A stretch of 56,916 nt of DNA from a virus (lineage: Duplodnaviria; Caudoviricetes), in IMG/VR virus record IMGVR_UViG_3300037458_001688, positions 1 through 56,916 of that record; one strand, written 5' to 3'. Shown here piece after piece: positions 43,732 to 52,529 of the stretch. The notes under the pieces are model-generated. The model did not search any database, had not been told where the DNA came from, and saw only the letters and a list, made by a program, of their open reading frames with translations. Position 1 is the first letter of the stretch. Each line of letters begins with the position of its first letter. The position numbers and the translations under genes are program-made.

Positions 43732-44160
43732 TCAGGCCGGGTCGGTGTGCACGGGGGTGCCGGTGATCTCGAGCTTCACGCCGAGAGTCTGCGGCTTGTT
43801 TGCCACGCCGAGGTCGAAGCCATCGAGCATCACGTAGGCGGAGAACTCCACCAAGGTAGTGTCCTTGAAGGTGAGCTCGAAGTTGGTCGGTGTGAGAGCG
43901 TCGTGGGCGTTGCGCAGGCTGATGTGGCTGGCGTTGCCGGGGTGGTAGAAGATGCTGAACGACACCTCTCCACCGTCGCCGAAGCCCTTCACGAACGCGC
44001 GGTCCGTGGAGTCGTGGTGGGTGACGTCCACCTTCTCCTTCTGCGGGGGCTTGTACGAGATGTCCGTGCGGTTGGCGATCGCCGCGAAGGTCTCCACCGG
44101 GGTACCGCCGTCGCCGATCTTCAGGACCGCGCCGTGGGCGAGGATGGGTTCACCAGCCAT
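43732..44160 (-). CDS. major tail tube protein
   Basis: LKIGDGGTPVETF...VDVTHHDS...GFGDGGEVSF...LEITGTP. Confidence 0.85.
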   Translation of the reverse strand: MAGEPILAHGAVLKIGDGGTPVETFAAIANRTDISYKPPQKEKVDVTHHDSTDRAFVKGFGDGGEVSFSIFYHPGNASHISLRNAHDALTPTNFELTFKDTTLVEFSAYVMLDGFDLGVANKPQTLGVKLEITGTPVHTDPA

Positions 44161-44162
44161 GG

Positions 44163-44525
44163 TCACACCTCGTAGTAGTGGAAGCGCGCCTCGACCAGGT
44201 AGAGCCAGCCGTCCCCACCGTCCCCGAGGTCCGCGTCGTTGAGGATCTCCGTGTTCGCCACAGTGGTCGTCCCGAGCGTGCCGGCATAGTCCTCGAGCAA
44301 GGCCACCAGGGCCCGCCCGCCGTTCATCGCCGCCAGGTGGGTGTCGCCGTGGTAGACGATGGCGAAGGTGCCGCCGGTGATGCCGGAGCCCCCGTCGTGG
44401 TGCTGGAAGCGGGACGTGGAGCTCCGGGTGTACGAGATCGCCGGCAGCGCGGTGTCGTCCGGCACGTGCCCGGGGTAGGCCGGCGCCACCGAGGCCAGCA
44501 GGGTGACGAGGCCGGCTTCGATCAC
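44163..44525 (-). CDS. tail terminator (DUF3168-like)
   Basis: MIEAGL...PAISY; position. Confidence 0.7.
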   Translation of the reverse strand: MIEAGLVTLLASVAPAYPGHVPDDTALPAISYTRSSTSRFQHHDGGSGITGGTFAIVYHGDTHLAAMNGGRALVALLEDYAGTLGTTTVANTEILNDADLGDGGDGWLYLVEARFHYYEV

Positions 44526-44965
44526 TTCATACCACCGGCGGCACTGAGAACTGCCAACCGCACACGCTCGCGCACCCGGAGTAGAGCTTCATCCCTACGG
44601 GCGAGGAAAGCCGGCTTTAAGAACGGTTGAGCCTTGTGGCCAGGGTGTGCCTTCTTGCCAACCCGGTGCGGCTTGACGCCGAACTCCTGGAGGATGGCGT
44701 GGGCCGCGGCCCGGATTGCACGCACCTTTGCGATCGCGTTCGGGGCGCCCCGCTTGCTTCGTGCCACGGCGATGACCAGACCACTTGCCTTCAGGAATCC
44801 GGTGTCGCTTGGTGCCAGCTCCTGGGCGCGGGCCAGCACCGGCTCCGCCGCGTACTCGACCGCATCGGCAAGCACCTCAACAGCCAGCGATTTTTCCAAG
44901 CGCGCCAGGGCGTCTTTGACGTCGTCCATGCCTGGCATTTCCATGGAGAACATGACCCGACTCAC
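44522..44965 (-). CDS. HK97 gp10-family protein
   Basis: APSDTGFL, QEFG and AQPFLKPAF. Confidence 0.85.
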   Translation of the reverse strand: MSRVMFSMEMPGMDDVKDALARLEKSLAVEVLADAVEYAAEPVLARAQELAPSDTGFLKASGLVIAVARSKRGAPNAIAKVRAIRAAAHAILQEFGVKPHRVGKKAHPGHKAQPFLKPAFLARRDEALLRVRERVRLAVLSAAGGMK

Positions 44966-45297
44966 GCCACCACCTCCCGGCACATCAGCTCGAGCATCCG
45001 ACCGCGGCCGTCGGTGTCGATGACGGCCTCGATCGAGAGGGTCCGCTCCCGCACCCTGCCCGCTGGAATGTGGACCCGCATAGTCGTCGTCACGTCGTCG
45101 CGCCAGCGGATCCAGACCCGGGTGGAGACGTCCGCGTGCGCCTCCTTGGCAGCGAGGTACTCCCGGCCGCGAAGGTCCACAACCGACGCCCACGTCGAGT
45201 CGACCGCCGACCAGCCCTCGATCAGCCCGCCGTCCGCCGCCCGGGTGTCGGAGCGCGACTCGATCGTCACCCAGGTGTTGAGCTGGCCTGCTCTCAC
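44962..45297 (-). CDS. head closure protein (SPP1 gp16-like)
   Basis: MRAGQLNTWVTIE...WASV..LRGREY. Confidence 0.85.
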   Translation of the reverse strand: MRAGQLNTWVTIESRSDTRAADGGLIEGWSAVDSTWASVVDLRGREYLAAKEAHADVSTRVWIRWRDDVTTTMRVHIPAGRVRERTLSIEAVIDTDGRGRMLELMCREVVA

Positions 45298-45881
45298 TGG
45301 GCGAAGCGCCCCCGCACACGCTGGGATCGGAGGTAGGCCTGGATGAATGGCAGCTCGGTGATTGCGGACCCGACGATGACCGCCTCGCGGTTCTCATAGG
45401 CGTAGCCGAGAAGCAGCTTGACCACGGAGACGACCTGAGGCTCCGCCGGCCTGGTTGTGGTGTGGCCGCAGGTGTACTCGACCAGGACCGCCGGGTGGAC
45501 GGTGGTCGACGTCGTCGGCCAGCCGTCGTCGCTGGGGTAGATCCTCGCCGGCTCGGCGTCCGAGTCGAGCACGTAGCCTGAGGAGGCGAGGGTCTGGAGG
45601 GCGTCGTTCTCGTCGTAGTACTTCACCGAGCTGATCGCGATCAGCGGCGGCCGCGGCAGCTCGATGTAGTCGCTTGGGAACGCATCGAGCGAGAGGCGGA
45701 AGCCCTGGGAGGACAAGGCGCGGCCGAGCAGGTCCTCGACCGCGCCCTGAGCCTCGGCCAGCTTCGAGATGATGTCCGCATCCTCCTGCGTCGATGTCAC
45801 CCGGAGGTGGGCCTTCGCCTCGGTGAGGGTGATCACGAGGCCGGAAGGCTGTGCCGGCAGCGAGGTGCGGACCAGGTTCAT
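45294..45881 (-). CDS. head-tail connector (gp6-like)
   Basis: ITLTEAKAHLRV, ELPRPPL and YENREAV. Confidence 0.88.
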   Translation of the reverse strand: MNLVRTSLPAQPSGLVITLTEAKAHLRVTSTQEDADIISKLAEAQGAVEDLLGRALSSQGFRLSLDAFPSDYIELPRPPLIAISSVKYYDENDALQTLASSGYVLDSDAEPARIYPSDDGWPTTSTTVHPAVLVEYTCGHTTTRPAEPQVVSVVKLLLGYAYENREAVIVGSAITELPFIQAYLRSQRVRGRFAQ

Positions 45882-45888
45882 GACGACC

Positions 45889-46290
45889 TCAGCTCTCGGG
45901 GCTGGCCACGGCGACGGGCTTCGCAGCCGCCGTCGCCTCCGCTTCCTCGACGGGGCCGACGAAGCGGTCCCACAGGGGGATGTGCACGGTGTTCAGCAGC
46001 TCCATCTGCGAAGCGCGGCGGAGAGCCTTGACGATCAGGCTCATTCCGATCGGCCCGATCTGGATCTCCTTGACGGGGTCCGCGCCGAGGTCCCACAGGA
46101 CCTGGTCGCCCTCCTGGCGGAGGTGGATGGCGCCGGCTTCCTCCTCGGTGAAGCCGAGCTCACGCTCGAGGTCGGCCTGGATCCGGATGGTGGTGATGTT
46201 CCCGCTGCTCGCCGCGCTCTGCAGGATGGGCAGCAGTAGCAGCCGCTCGGTGACGGTGAATCGCTGGGGCAGGTTCTTCACTTCGTGCAT
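45889..46290 (-). CDS. hypothetical protein
   Basis: GGAGG RBS. Confidence 0.55.
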   Translation of the reverse strand: MHEVKNLPQRFTVTERLLLLPILQSAASSGNITTIRIQADLERELGFTEEEAGAIHLRQEGDQVLWDLGADPVKEIQIGPIGMSLIVKALRRASQMELLNTVHIPLWDRFVGPVEEAEATAAAKPVAVASPES

Positions 46291-46397
46291 CTCGTCCTCC
46301 CGTGCTCAGCGGCACTCGTTGACCCGTGAGTGAAGCCCGGCCAGGGGGTCACGGGATACCCCTCTTCGCATGCCTGCTAGGCCGGGCGAGTGGATGG

Positions 46398-46559
46398 TCA
46401 GCGGTAGACCCGGCAGCCGCAGGAGTTGCACTCCGTGCTGACGGCTGCCACCTGCACCTCAGCGCCGCACTCGGGGCAGGTCACGGTGATGGGGTCCGGG
46501 ATGGCCTCGACGACTGCGGCGTCGTCGTCAGGCCTGGTGCGCGTGCTCTTCTTGGCCAT
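46398..46559 (-). CDS. small zinc-ribbon protein (not in the ORF track)
   Basis: MAKKSTRTRPDDD...CPECG...CNSCG; GAGGT RBS. Confidence 0.55.
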   Translation of the reverse strand: MAKKSTRTRPDDDAAVVEAIPDPITVTCPECGAEVQVAAVSTECNSCGCRVYR

Positions 46560-46571
46560 GGTCCACCTCGC

Positions 46572-47906
46572 CTACGAGTCGGTGTCGGCGAGGTACGGGA
46601 TGCGGTAGGCGGTCCCGTTGACCTTGATGTGCAGGTAGCCGGCGACAGCCGCCGCGGCCGCGCCGCCGTGGACGATGAGCTTGCCGGCGGTCGCCCAGCC
46701 CCCCCCGGTTTCAAACTCGAAGAGGGAGACGATGGCGGCGTTCTGCCCGCCGGCGCGGAACTTCACGAAGGCGTCGGCCGCCTGCACCCCGGTGCCGCCG
46801 GTCGCGGACTGGCAGTCGACCAGGATCATGTTGAGACCGCCGGTGGGGTCGGAGCTGAGCTGGGCGGCGACGGTGAGCACGTTGCACTCGGCGCCGTTGG
46901 TCGGGGAGGTCCCGGAGCCGGCCGTGGCGGGCTCGTCCTCCACCTTGAGGTAGGCGGCCGAGACGCCGTAGGAGGTCGCCCCGATGACGGAGCTGGCCTT
47001 CAGGATCGCCTCCGCCCGGATACCGGCCATCTCGCCGGCGTACTTCGACGCCGCGGTGCTGGCCTGGGCCAGGACACCGTAGACCCCAGGGGTCCCCGAG
47101 GCGGCGTTGGCGATCGCCCGCAGCCGCGCGCCGGTGAGGGTGCCGGTGGTGGCGGTCGAGGAGAAGAACGCCTTGATGCCGAACTGGCCGGCGGTGTTGA
47201 GGGCGAGCGGGGCGCTCAGGGTGCCGACCTGGATCGCCGTTCCGGCGGTGCCCGTGTCGGGGGAGGTGCCGCCCGGGATGCAGACGCCCACCTTGACCGC
47301 GGTCGGCTGCAGGAGCAGGCCGTAGCCCCACGCGGTGCGCGCGGTGCCGTCCGACCAGTTGCTGGTGTCGTAGATGTCCGCCAGGAAGGCGGCCACCTTG
47401 CCGGTCTGGGTGAGGCCGGTGCCGGCGAGCTTCGAGATGGCGGCGACGCCGGCGAGGATGTGGTTGGTGTCGACCGTCATGGTGCCGGAGGTCTCGACGC
47501 ACCCGAGCACCGCGGCGGTCTTGCCGTAGCCGCCGAAGGTCACGGTGCCGGACGCGCGCACCAGCTCGAGGTAGCCGTACACGCCGGCGGCCTGCTCGGT
47601 GTTCCAGGCGGCGTTGTACGCCTTGAGCTGGCCGAGCTCGGCGGCGAGCCGGACGTGTCCGCCGGTCTGGTCGGCGGTGACGAGGAGACGGGAGAGGCTG
47701 TTGCGGAGGTCCGGCACGGAGCCGGCCGCCCACATCGCGGCGCCGCCGTCGTCGCCGTAGACGCGGAAGTTGGCCGACCTGGTCGAGGACAGCTTCAGGC
47801 CGGAGCCCTGGGCAGCGGACGCGAAGAGCCCGATCTGCAGGCATCCGGTGGCGGAGCTGTTGTAGAAGACCAGGTTGCCCGAGACCCACTTCGAACGAAT
47901 CGCCAT
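46572..47906 (-). CDS. head decoration/fibre-like protein
   Basis: Gly/Ala/Thr-rich; ends YLHIKVNGTAYRIPY. Confidence 0.6.
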   Translation of the reverse strand: MAIRSKWVSGNLVFYNSSATGCLQIGLFASAAQGSGLKLSSTRSANFRVYGDDGGAAMWAAGSVPDLRNSLSRLLVTADQTGGHVRLAAELGQLKAYNAAWNTEQAAGVYGYLELVRASGTVTFGGYGKTAAVLGCVETSGTMTVDTNHILAGVAAISKLAGTGLTQTGKVAAFLADIYDTSNWSDGTARTAWGYGLLLQPTAVKVGVCIPGGTSPDTGTAGTAIQVGTLSAPLALNTAGQFGIKAFFSSTATTGTLTGARLRAIANAASGTPGVYGVLAQASTAASKYAGEMAGIRAEAILKASSVIGATSYGVSAAYLKVEDEPATAGSGTSPTNGAECNVLTVAAQLSSDPTGGLNMILVDCQSATGGTGVQAADAFVKFRAGGQNAAIVSLFEFETGGGWATAGKLIVHGGAAAAAVAGYLHIKVNGTAYRIPYLADTDS

Positions 47907-47986
47907 GATCGCGCTCCTTTCTGAGCGCACGGCGGGGGGCCCGGAGGCCCCCTGCCGCGATCAGGTGTCAGGGGTTGGAGGAGTCG

Positions 47987-48460
47987 TCAGTCGATGATGA
48001 TCGACGGCGGCGACGCCGACTGGTACTTCAGCTCGCCGATGGCGACGATGTTCACGATGTTGCTGCCGTGGCCGTTGGTGCCGGTGACGGCGATGCAGTC
48101 GTAGCCGGCGGAGTGCTTCACGGGGTCCCACTCGATGACGACGAGCGAGTTGCCGTAGAGGGCCGGGTCAATCACGTAGCTGGCGGCGTCGGTCTGCCGC
48201 ACCAGCAGGTCGGAGCTGGTGCCGTGGTCGGCGTCGACCCAGATCGGGAAGGTGGCGGTCACGGCCGCGTTGGTGCCCGCGGCGACGTCGGTGGCCTCGG
48301 TCAGGCCGAGGGTGAGGTCGGTGTCGTTGGCACCCTTGTGCTTCACGAGGAACCAGACCTTCAAGAGGTTCTTGGTGCAGATGTAGTCGCAGCCGAGCGC
48401 GTTCGCCGCGTTGCCGGGACCCACCCACACGACCTTGCACGCTTCGGGGAAGTTGAGCAT
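47987..48460 (-). CDS. capsid-associated protein
   Basis: Follows the major capsid gene; AGGAG RBS. Confidence 0.6.
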   Translation of the reverse strand: MLNFPEACKVVWVGPGNAANALGCDYICTKNLLKVWFLVKHKGANDTDLTLGLTEATDVAAGTNAAVTATFPIWVDADHGTSSDLLVRQTDAASYVIDPALYGNSLVVIEWDPVKHSAGYDCIAVTGTNGHGSNIVNIVAIGELKYQSASPPSIIID

Positions 48461-48556
48461 GCGAGCTCCTTTCGGGCGGTGCGGCGGCCCCAGCCGAGGC
48501 CGTCGCTGGTAGAAGTCGATGAGAGGGGCTCCCGCGGGGAAGCCCCGGGTTCAGAC

Positions 48557-49936
48557 CTACTCGCGGGCGTCCAGGGTGATGAAGGGGGAGATGGCGTTCG
48601 AGCCCTGCGCCGGGGTGATGGACGAGGAGAGCAGCGGCAGGCCGTTCACGCGGGTGGTGAACCGGATCGCCGACTCGTCGTACACGAACCGGACGTGGAT
48701 GGAGCTCGCGACCTTGACCCCGGCCTTGCGGACGTGGGCGTACCACCCGAGGTCCGCCAGGACGATGTCACCCTTGGAGCCGAGAGCCTTGGAGTGCTCG
48801 TTGACGAGCACCGGCATGTTGAAGAGCCGCGCCGGGGGAGCGTCCTGGTAGCCGGCGGCGGGCAGGTACACGGGCTGGCCGGCAACGCCGACGAGCACGC
48901 CCATGTCGATCATCTCGGACTCGACGTCCTGGTGGACGAGCCAGATGCCGCGCTTCCGGCTGCGGGGGGGCATCCGGGCGAGCATCTTACGGACGTTCTG
49001 CGACCAGATGGTCGCGGCGTCCTGGCCGGTCTCCTTCGCGATGCTCACGAGCGCCGCGGAGTTCAGGATGCCGAGGGCCATGCCGGCGCCGGTGCCGGCG
49101 AAGATGTCCTCGTCGATCTGGAACGCGATCTCCTCGGCGAAGCCCTGGGCGCCGACCGAGGCGATGTAGGCGGTGTCCTCGAGCTGCTCGTCGGACACGT
49201 ACCACAGCCCCATGATCTTCTCGAGCTTCGTGGTGACCTTGCGGAACTTCGGCTTCTTCGCCGTCACCTCGGCGCCCTCGGCGGCGTGGTAGACCTGGAG
49301 ACCGCCGTAGCGGGAGCCGAGCGCCCTGGAGGTTTCGTCGATGACGTCGATCTCGACGGAGTTGGAGCCGTCGCTGACCTCGATCGGCATGCAGCGGCTG
49401 GCCAGCTCCGCGGAGTCGAACGCCATCTTGTCGATGAGACCGACGGCGGTCGGGGCGAGGAGGAAGCCACCCTCGGACCCGATGCCCTCGTTGGTGCCGG
49501 CGGCGGCGAGGGGACGCAGGCGGGGGTCGACGCGGCCGTCGACGCGCGGCTCCGCCTTGTGGACCGCCTGGATGAACTCGGCGAACCCGAGGCGGGCGTC
49601 GCCGTGCCCCCACGGGCGTTCCTCGGCGTGGTCCTTGCCGAGCTCGATGCCGCTGCCCGAGGTCTTCGCCGGGGTGGCATGGGCGAGCTGACGGCGCTCG
49701 GCCTCCTCGGCGATCTCGATGGCCGCCTTGATCTCGTCCTCCCGGCCGCGGAGGCTGGCGAACTGCTCGCGCAGCGCCTTGGTCTGGGACGCCTCCTCGT
49801 CGGTCAGGGGGCGGCCCTTGCCGTCGTTCGTGGCCTCGGCGGCGGAGGTGATGCCGGTGATCCTCTGCGCGACCGCGGCCATCTCCGACGCCAGCTCGCC
49901 GAGCTTGCGCCGCATGTTGATGATCTGGTCCTTCAT
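48557..49936 (-). CDS. major capsid protein, HK97 fold
   Basis: Coiled-coil delta domain, EGGFLLAP, AEGAE and FVYDESAIRF. Confidence 0.93.
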   Translation of the reverse strand: MKDQIINMRRKLGELASEMAAVAQRITGITSAAEATNDGKGRPLTDEEASQTKALREQFASLRGREDEIKAAIEIAEEAERRQLAHATPAKTSGSGIELGKDHAEERPWGHGDARLGFAEFIQAVHKAEPRVDGRVDPRLRPLAAAGTNEGIGSEGGFLLAPTAVGLIDKMAFDSAELASRCMPIEVSDGSNSVEIDVIDETSRALGSRYGGLQVYHAAEGAEVTAKKPKFRKVTTKLEKIMGLWYVSDEQLEDTAYIASVGAQGFAEEIAFQIDEDIFAGTGAGMALGILNSAALVSIAKETGQDAATIWSQNVRKMLARMPPRSRKRGIWLVHQDVESEMIDMGVLVGVAGQPVYLPAAGYQDAPPARLFNMPVLVNEHSKALGSKGDIVLADLGWYAHVRKAGVKVASSIHVRFVYDESAIRFTTRVNGLPLLSSSITPAQGSNAISPFITLDARE

Positions 49937-49960
49937 GACGCTCTCCTTTCGTCCGGCCGG

Positions 49961-51109
49961 TCAGCCTTCTCGGCGGCGCCGGAGTTGTTCCAAGCTCAGC
50001 CACTCGCGGTGAAGCGATGGCACGGTGACGCCGCCGGATCCGGCGGACGGGGTTGCAGGCTCTTCGGGTGCGGGCTGGGTTGTCTCTGCGCCGGGTGCCG
50101 GCGGCGTGGGCGCTCGCAGTGGATCCGCGGCGGCGATCTCGCCTGCCGTAGCGGCGGCGTCCTCCGCCAGGGCCCTGCCCCTGCCCTGAGCCGCGGACCC
50201 CTTGCCGATGACGCCCAGGAGGTGAGCGACGGCCTCGTCCATGAGGCCGATCTCGTCGACCATGCCGGCCGCGAGCGCCTCCTCGGAGTCGAGCAGCCGG
50301 CCCTGACCGAAGTCGCGCTTGACGGCAGCGACGTCGACGCCGCGGCCCCTGGCAACGGCCGCGAGGAAGTCCACGTAGGAGCGGTCGACGTCCTCCTGGT
50401 AGGCGGCCTTGGCTTCGTCGCTGAGCGGCTGCCAGGCGTTCCTTTCGGCCTTGTACTTGCCGGCCGCGAATAGGGTGACGGTGATGCCCATCTCGTCCCA
50501 GAAGCGGCTCTCGTCCCAGTGGGCCATCCACACGCCGATGGACCCGGCGTCAGCCGAGGGCGCCATGACGACGTGCGCGGCCTGGGACGCGATCCAGTAG
50601 GCCGCGGACGCCGCGAGAGGATTGACGAGTGCAACCACCGGCTTGACACCGCGGAGACTGTGGACGGCGTCGGCTGCTTCGAGGGTGCCGTAGACCGAGC
50701 CGCCGGGGGAGTCGACGGGGATGACGATGCCGTCGATGCTGGAATCCGCTGCGAGCTCGAGCAGCTCCTCGCGCCACGACTGCAGGCCGGTCCCCCACCA
50801 GGTGTCCCAGTGGAGGAGGAGGCCGTAGAGGGGCAGGACAGCGATCTTCCAGCCGGCCGGAGTCGCGCCCTGCGCGGCGGCCTGGAGGTCTGGCAGGACG
50901 GTCGCGCGACGGCTGACGGCCGGCGGCTCCTCCTCACCGGTGCCGGTGCTGGTCCAGGTACGGTAGACCGAGGATCCGTCGGGGAGGAGGCCGGACCAGA
51001 GGGGGAATGCTTTCTGACCCTGCATCACGCTCCTGGCCAGCGTCGCGAGGACCCCGGGCTCCAGTGCCCACGGCGCCCTGCGGAGGAGGTCGACGAGGTT
51101 GGTGGTCAT
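49961..51109 (-). CDS. prohead protease, S49 family
   Basis: DSPGGSV, AASAAYWIAS, GSIGV and GKYKAE. Confidence 0.92.
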   Translation of the reverse strand: MTTNLVDLLRRAPWALEPGVLATLARSVMQGQKAFPLWSGLLPDGSSVYRTWTSTGTGEEEPPAVSRRATVLPDLQAAAQGATPAGWKIAVLPLYGLLLHWDTWWGTGLQSWREELLELAADSSIDGIVIPVDSPGGSVYGTLEAADAVHSLRGVKPVVALVNPLAASAAYWIASQAAHVVMAPSADAGSIGVWMAHWDESRFWDEMGITVTLFAAGKYKAERNAWQPLSDEAKAAYQEDVDRSYVDFLAAVARGRGVDVAAVKRDFGQGRLLDSEEALAAGMVDEIGLMDEAVAHLLGVIGKGSAAQGRGRALAEDAAATAGEIAAADPLRAPTPPAPGAETTQPAPEEPATPSAGSGGVTVPSLHREWLSLEQLRRRREG

Positions 51110-52371
51110 CGGGTCTCTCCAGTGGTTTTCGCGGCGGCAGGGTCGACCTCGCTGCCGAGCGGCACCCAGTTGCCGGGCCGGCACCGCTCGTTGCCCTCCT
51201 TACCGCCGATGAGGGGCTCGTTCTCCTTGCGGGCGATGTCGTCCCTGCTGTAAAGGCCAATCTCGCGCATGGTCCTGTACCACGCGGACCGGGCGGCGCT
51301 GTCGCCGCGGAGCAGGCCCTCCACCTGGTGCTCGACGTAGTAGCCGGCGTCGAGCTCTTCCTCGGTGAAGAGGGCGTTCATGATGGTCTGCTCGATGTCG
51401 ACAAGGCTCTGCTGCAGGGAGTAGGTGAGGAAGGCGAGGTTGGTCTGCTCGAGGCCGGACCCCCACGCCGTGTCCTTCGTGGTCTCGAAAGCGAGCCAGA
51501 GCGGGACGTCGAAGAAGCGGCAGATCTCCGCCACCTGGTAGGTCCGGAGGGCGATCTGCTGAGCCTCTTCGGGGGTGATGCCGATGTTCACCCACTCGAG
51601 GCCATCCTCGAGCACGGCGACCCGGGCCGCATTGGCGCCGCTGCCGCCGTAGGTCTCCCGCCAGTGCTCCCGGAGCTTCGCCTCAGCCTCGGGCGACATG
51701 GCCGGGCCCTTGTTGAGCAGGGCTCCGCGCCGGGCGCCACCGGAGTTGAAGATCCGCGCACCGTACTCCTCGGCGCTCATCGCCAGGCCGATGGCCTCCT
51801 TGGCGTGATAGGTGGTGTTCAGGCCGAGGAACCCGTCGAGGGAGGGCCCCGTCAGGTGGAGCACGTCGCCGCGCCAGATGCGCCGCGGCTGCGTCGGCAG
51901 GCCGTTGACGACCTGCGTGTACTCCCAGCCGACGAGATCCCCCGAGGCGTCGACCAGGCCGACCATGCGATCCGGGTGGCGCGGGACCAGCTCGACAGGG
52001 TTGGCATAGGCGTCGCGGATGATCTCGGCGTAGGCGTTGCCGCGGAGCAGGCGATGCCCCATGAGCATCTGCCGCGCCTTGAAGCTGGTCTGCCAGCGAC
52101 TGAACCGCCGGTGGAGGATCTTGTAGGTCGAGTGCTCCTTCGCGGGGCGGCGGCTTTCGTCCGGCATGGTCTGGTAGACCTTGAGCGGCAGCATCGCAGT
52201 CGTGCCGGAGAGGACCTTGAAGCACCGCCAGACGGCGGAGGTCCGCAGGGCGGTGTCGGGGTCGACGTTTTTCCCGCCGAAGGTGGAGCCCGAGGAGAAG
52301 CTCCACATGCGGGTCAGCCTCTGGCTCCCGATGTCGAAGGCCCCGCGCAGGATCTCGCTCAAGGCTCCCAT
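51106..52371 (-). CDS. portal protein, HK97 family
   Basis: LLRGNAYAEI, VLEDGLEW and EICRFFDVP. Confidence 0.95.
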   Translation of the reverse strand: MGALSEILRGAFDIGSQRLTRMWSFSSGSTFGGKNVDPDTALRTSAVWRCFKVLSGTTAMLPLKVYQTMPDESRRPAKEHSTYKILHRRFSRWQTSFKARQMLMGHRLLRGNAYAEIIRDAYANPVELVPRHPDRMVGLVDASGDLVGWEYTQVVNGLPTQPRRIWRGDVLHLTGPSLDGFLGLNTTYHAKEAIGLAMSAEEYGARIFNSGGARRGALLNKGPAMSPEAEAKLREHWRETYGGSGANAARVAVLEDGLEWVNIGITPEEAQQIALRTYQVAEICRFFDVPLWLAFETTKDTAWGSGLEQTNLAFLTYSLQQSLVDIEQTIMNALFTEEELDAGYYVEHQVEGLLRGDSAARSAWYRTMREIGLYSRDDIARKENEPLIGGKEGNERCRPGNWVPLGSEVDPAAAKTTGETR

Positions 52372-52529
52372 CAGCGTTCACCTCGCGGAGCGCCGCCGCG
52401 CATGCCTGCGGCCATCAGCAGAGCGCCGCAGACGATGAGGGCCACCGGCGGGTAGACCCACCACAGGCCTGCCGACACCATCCCCAGGCCCACCACCGTG
52501 AGCACGTCGAAACGGTCCAGCTTGCGCAT
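52371..52529 (-). CDS. small membrane protein
   Basis: Two TM helices; between terL and portal. Confidence 0.6.
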   Translation of the reverse strand: MRKLDRFDVLTVVGLGMVSAGLWWVYPPVALIVCGALLMAAGMRGGAPRGER

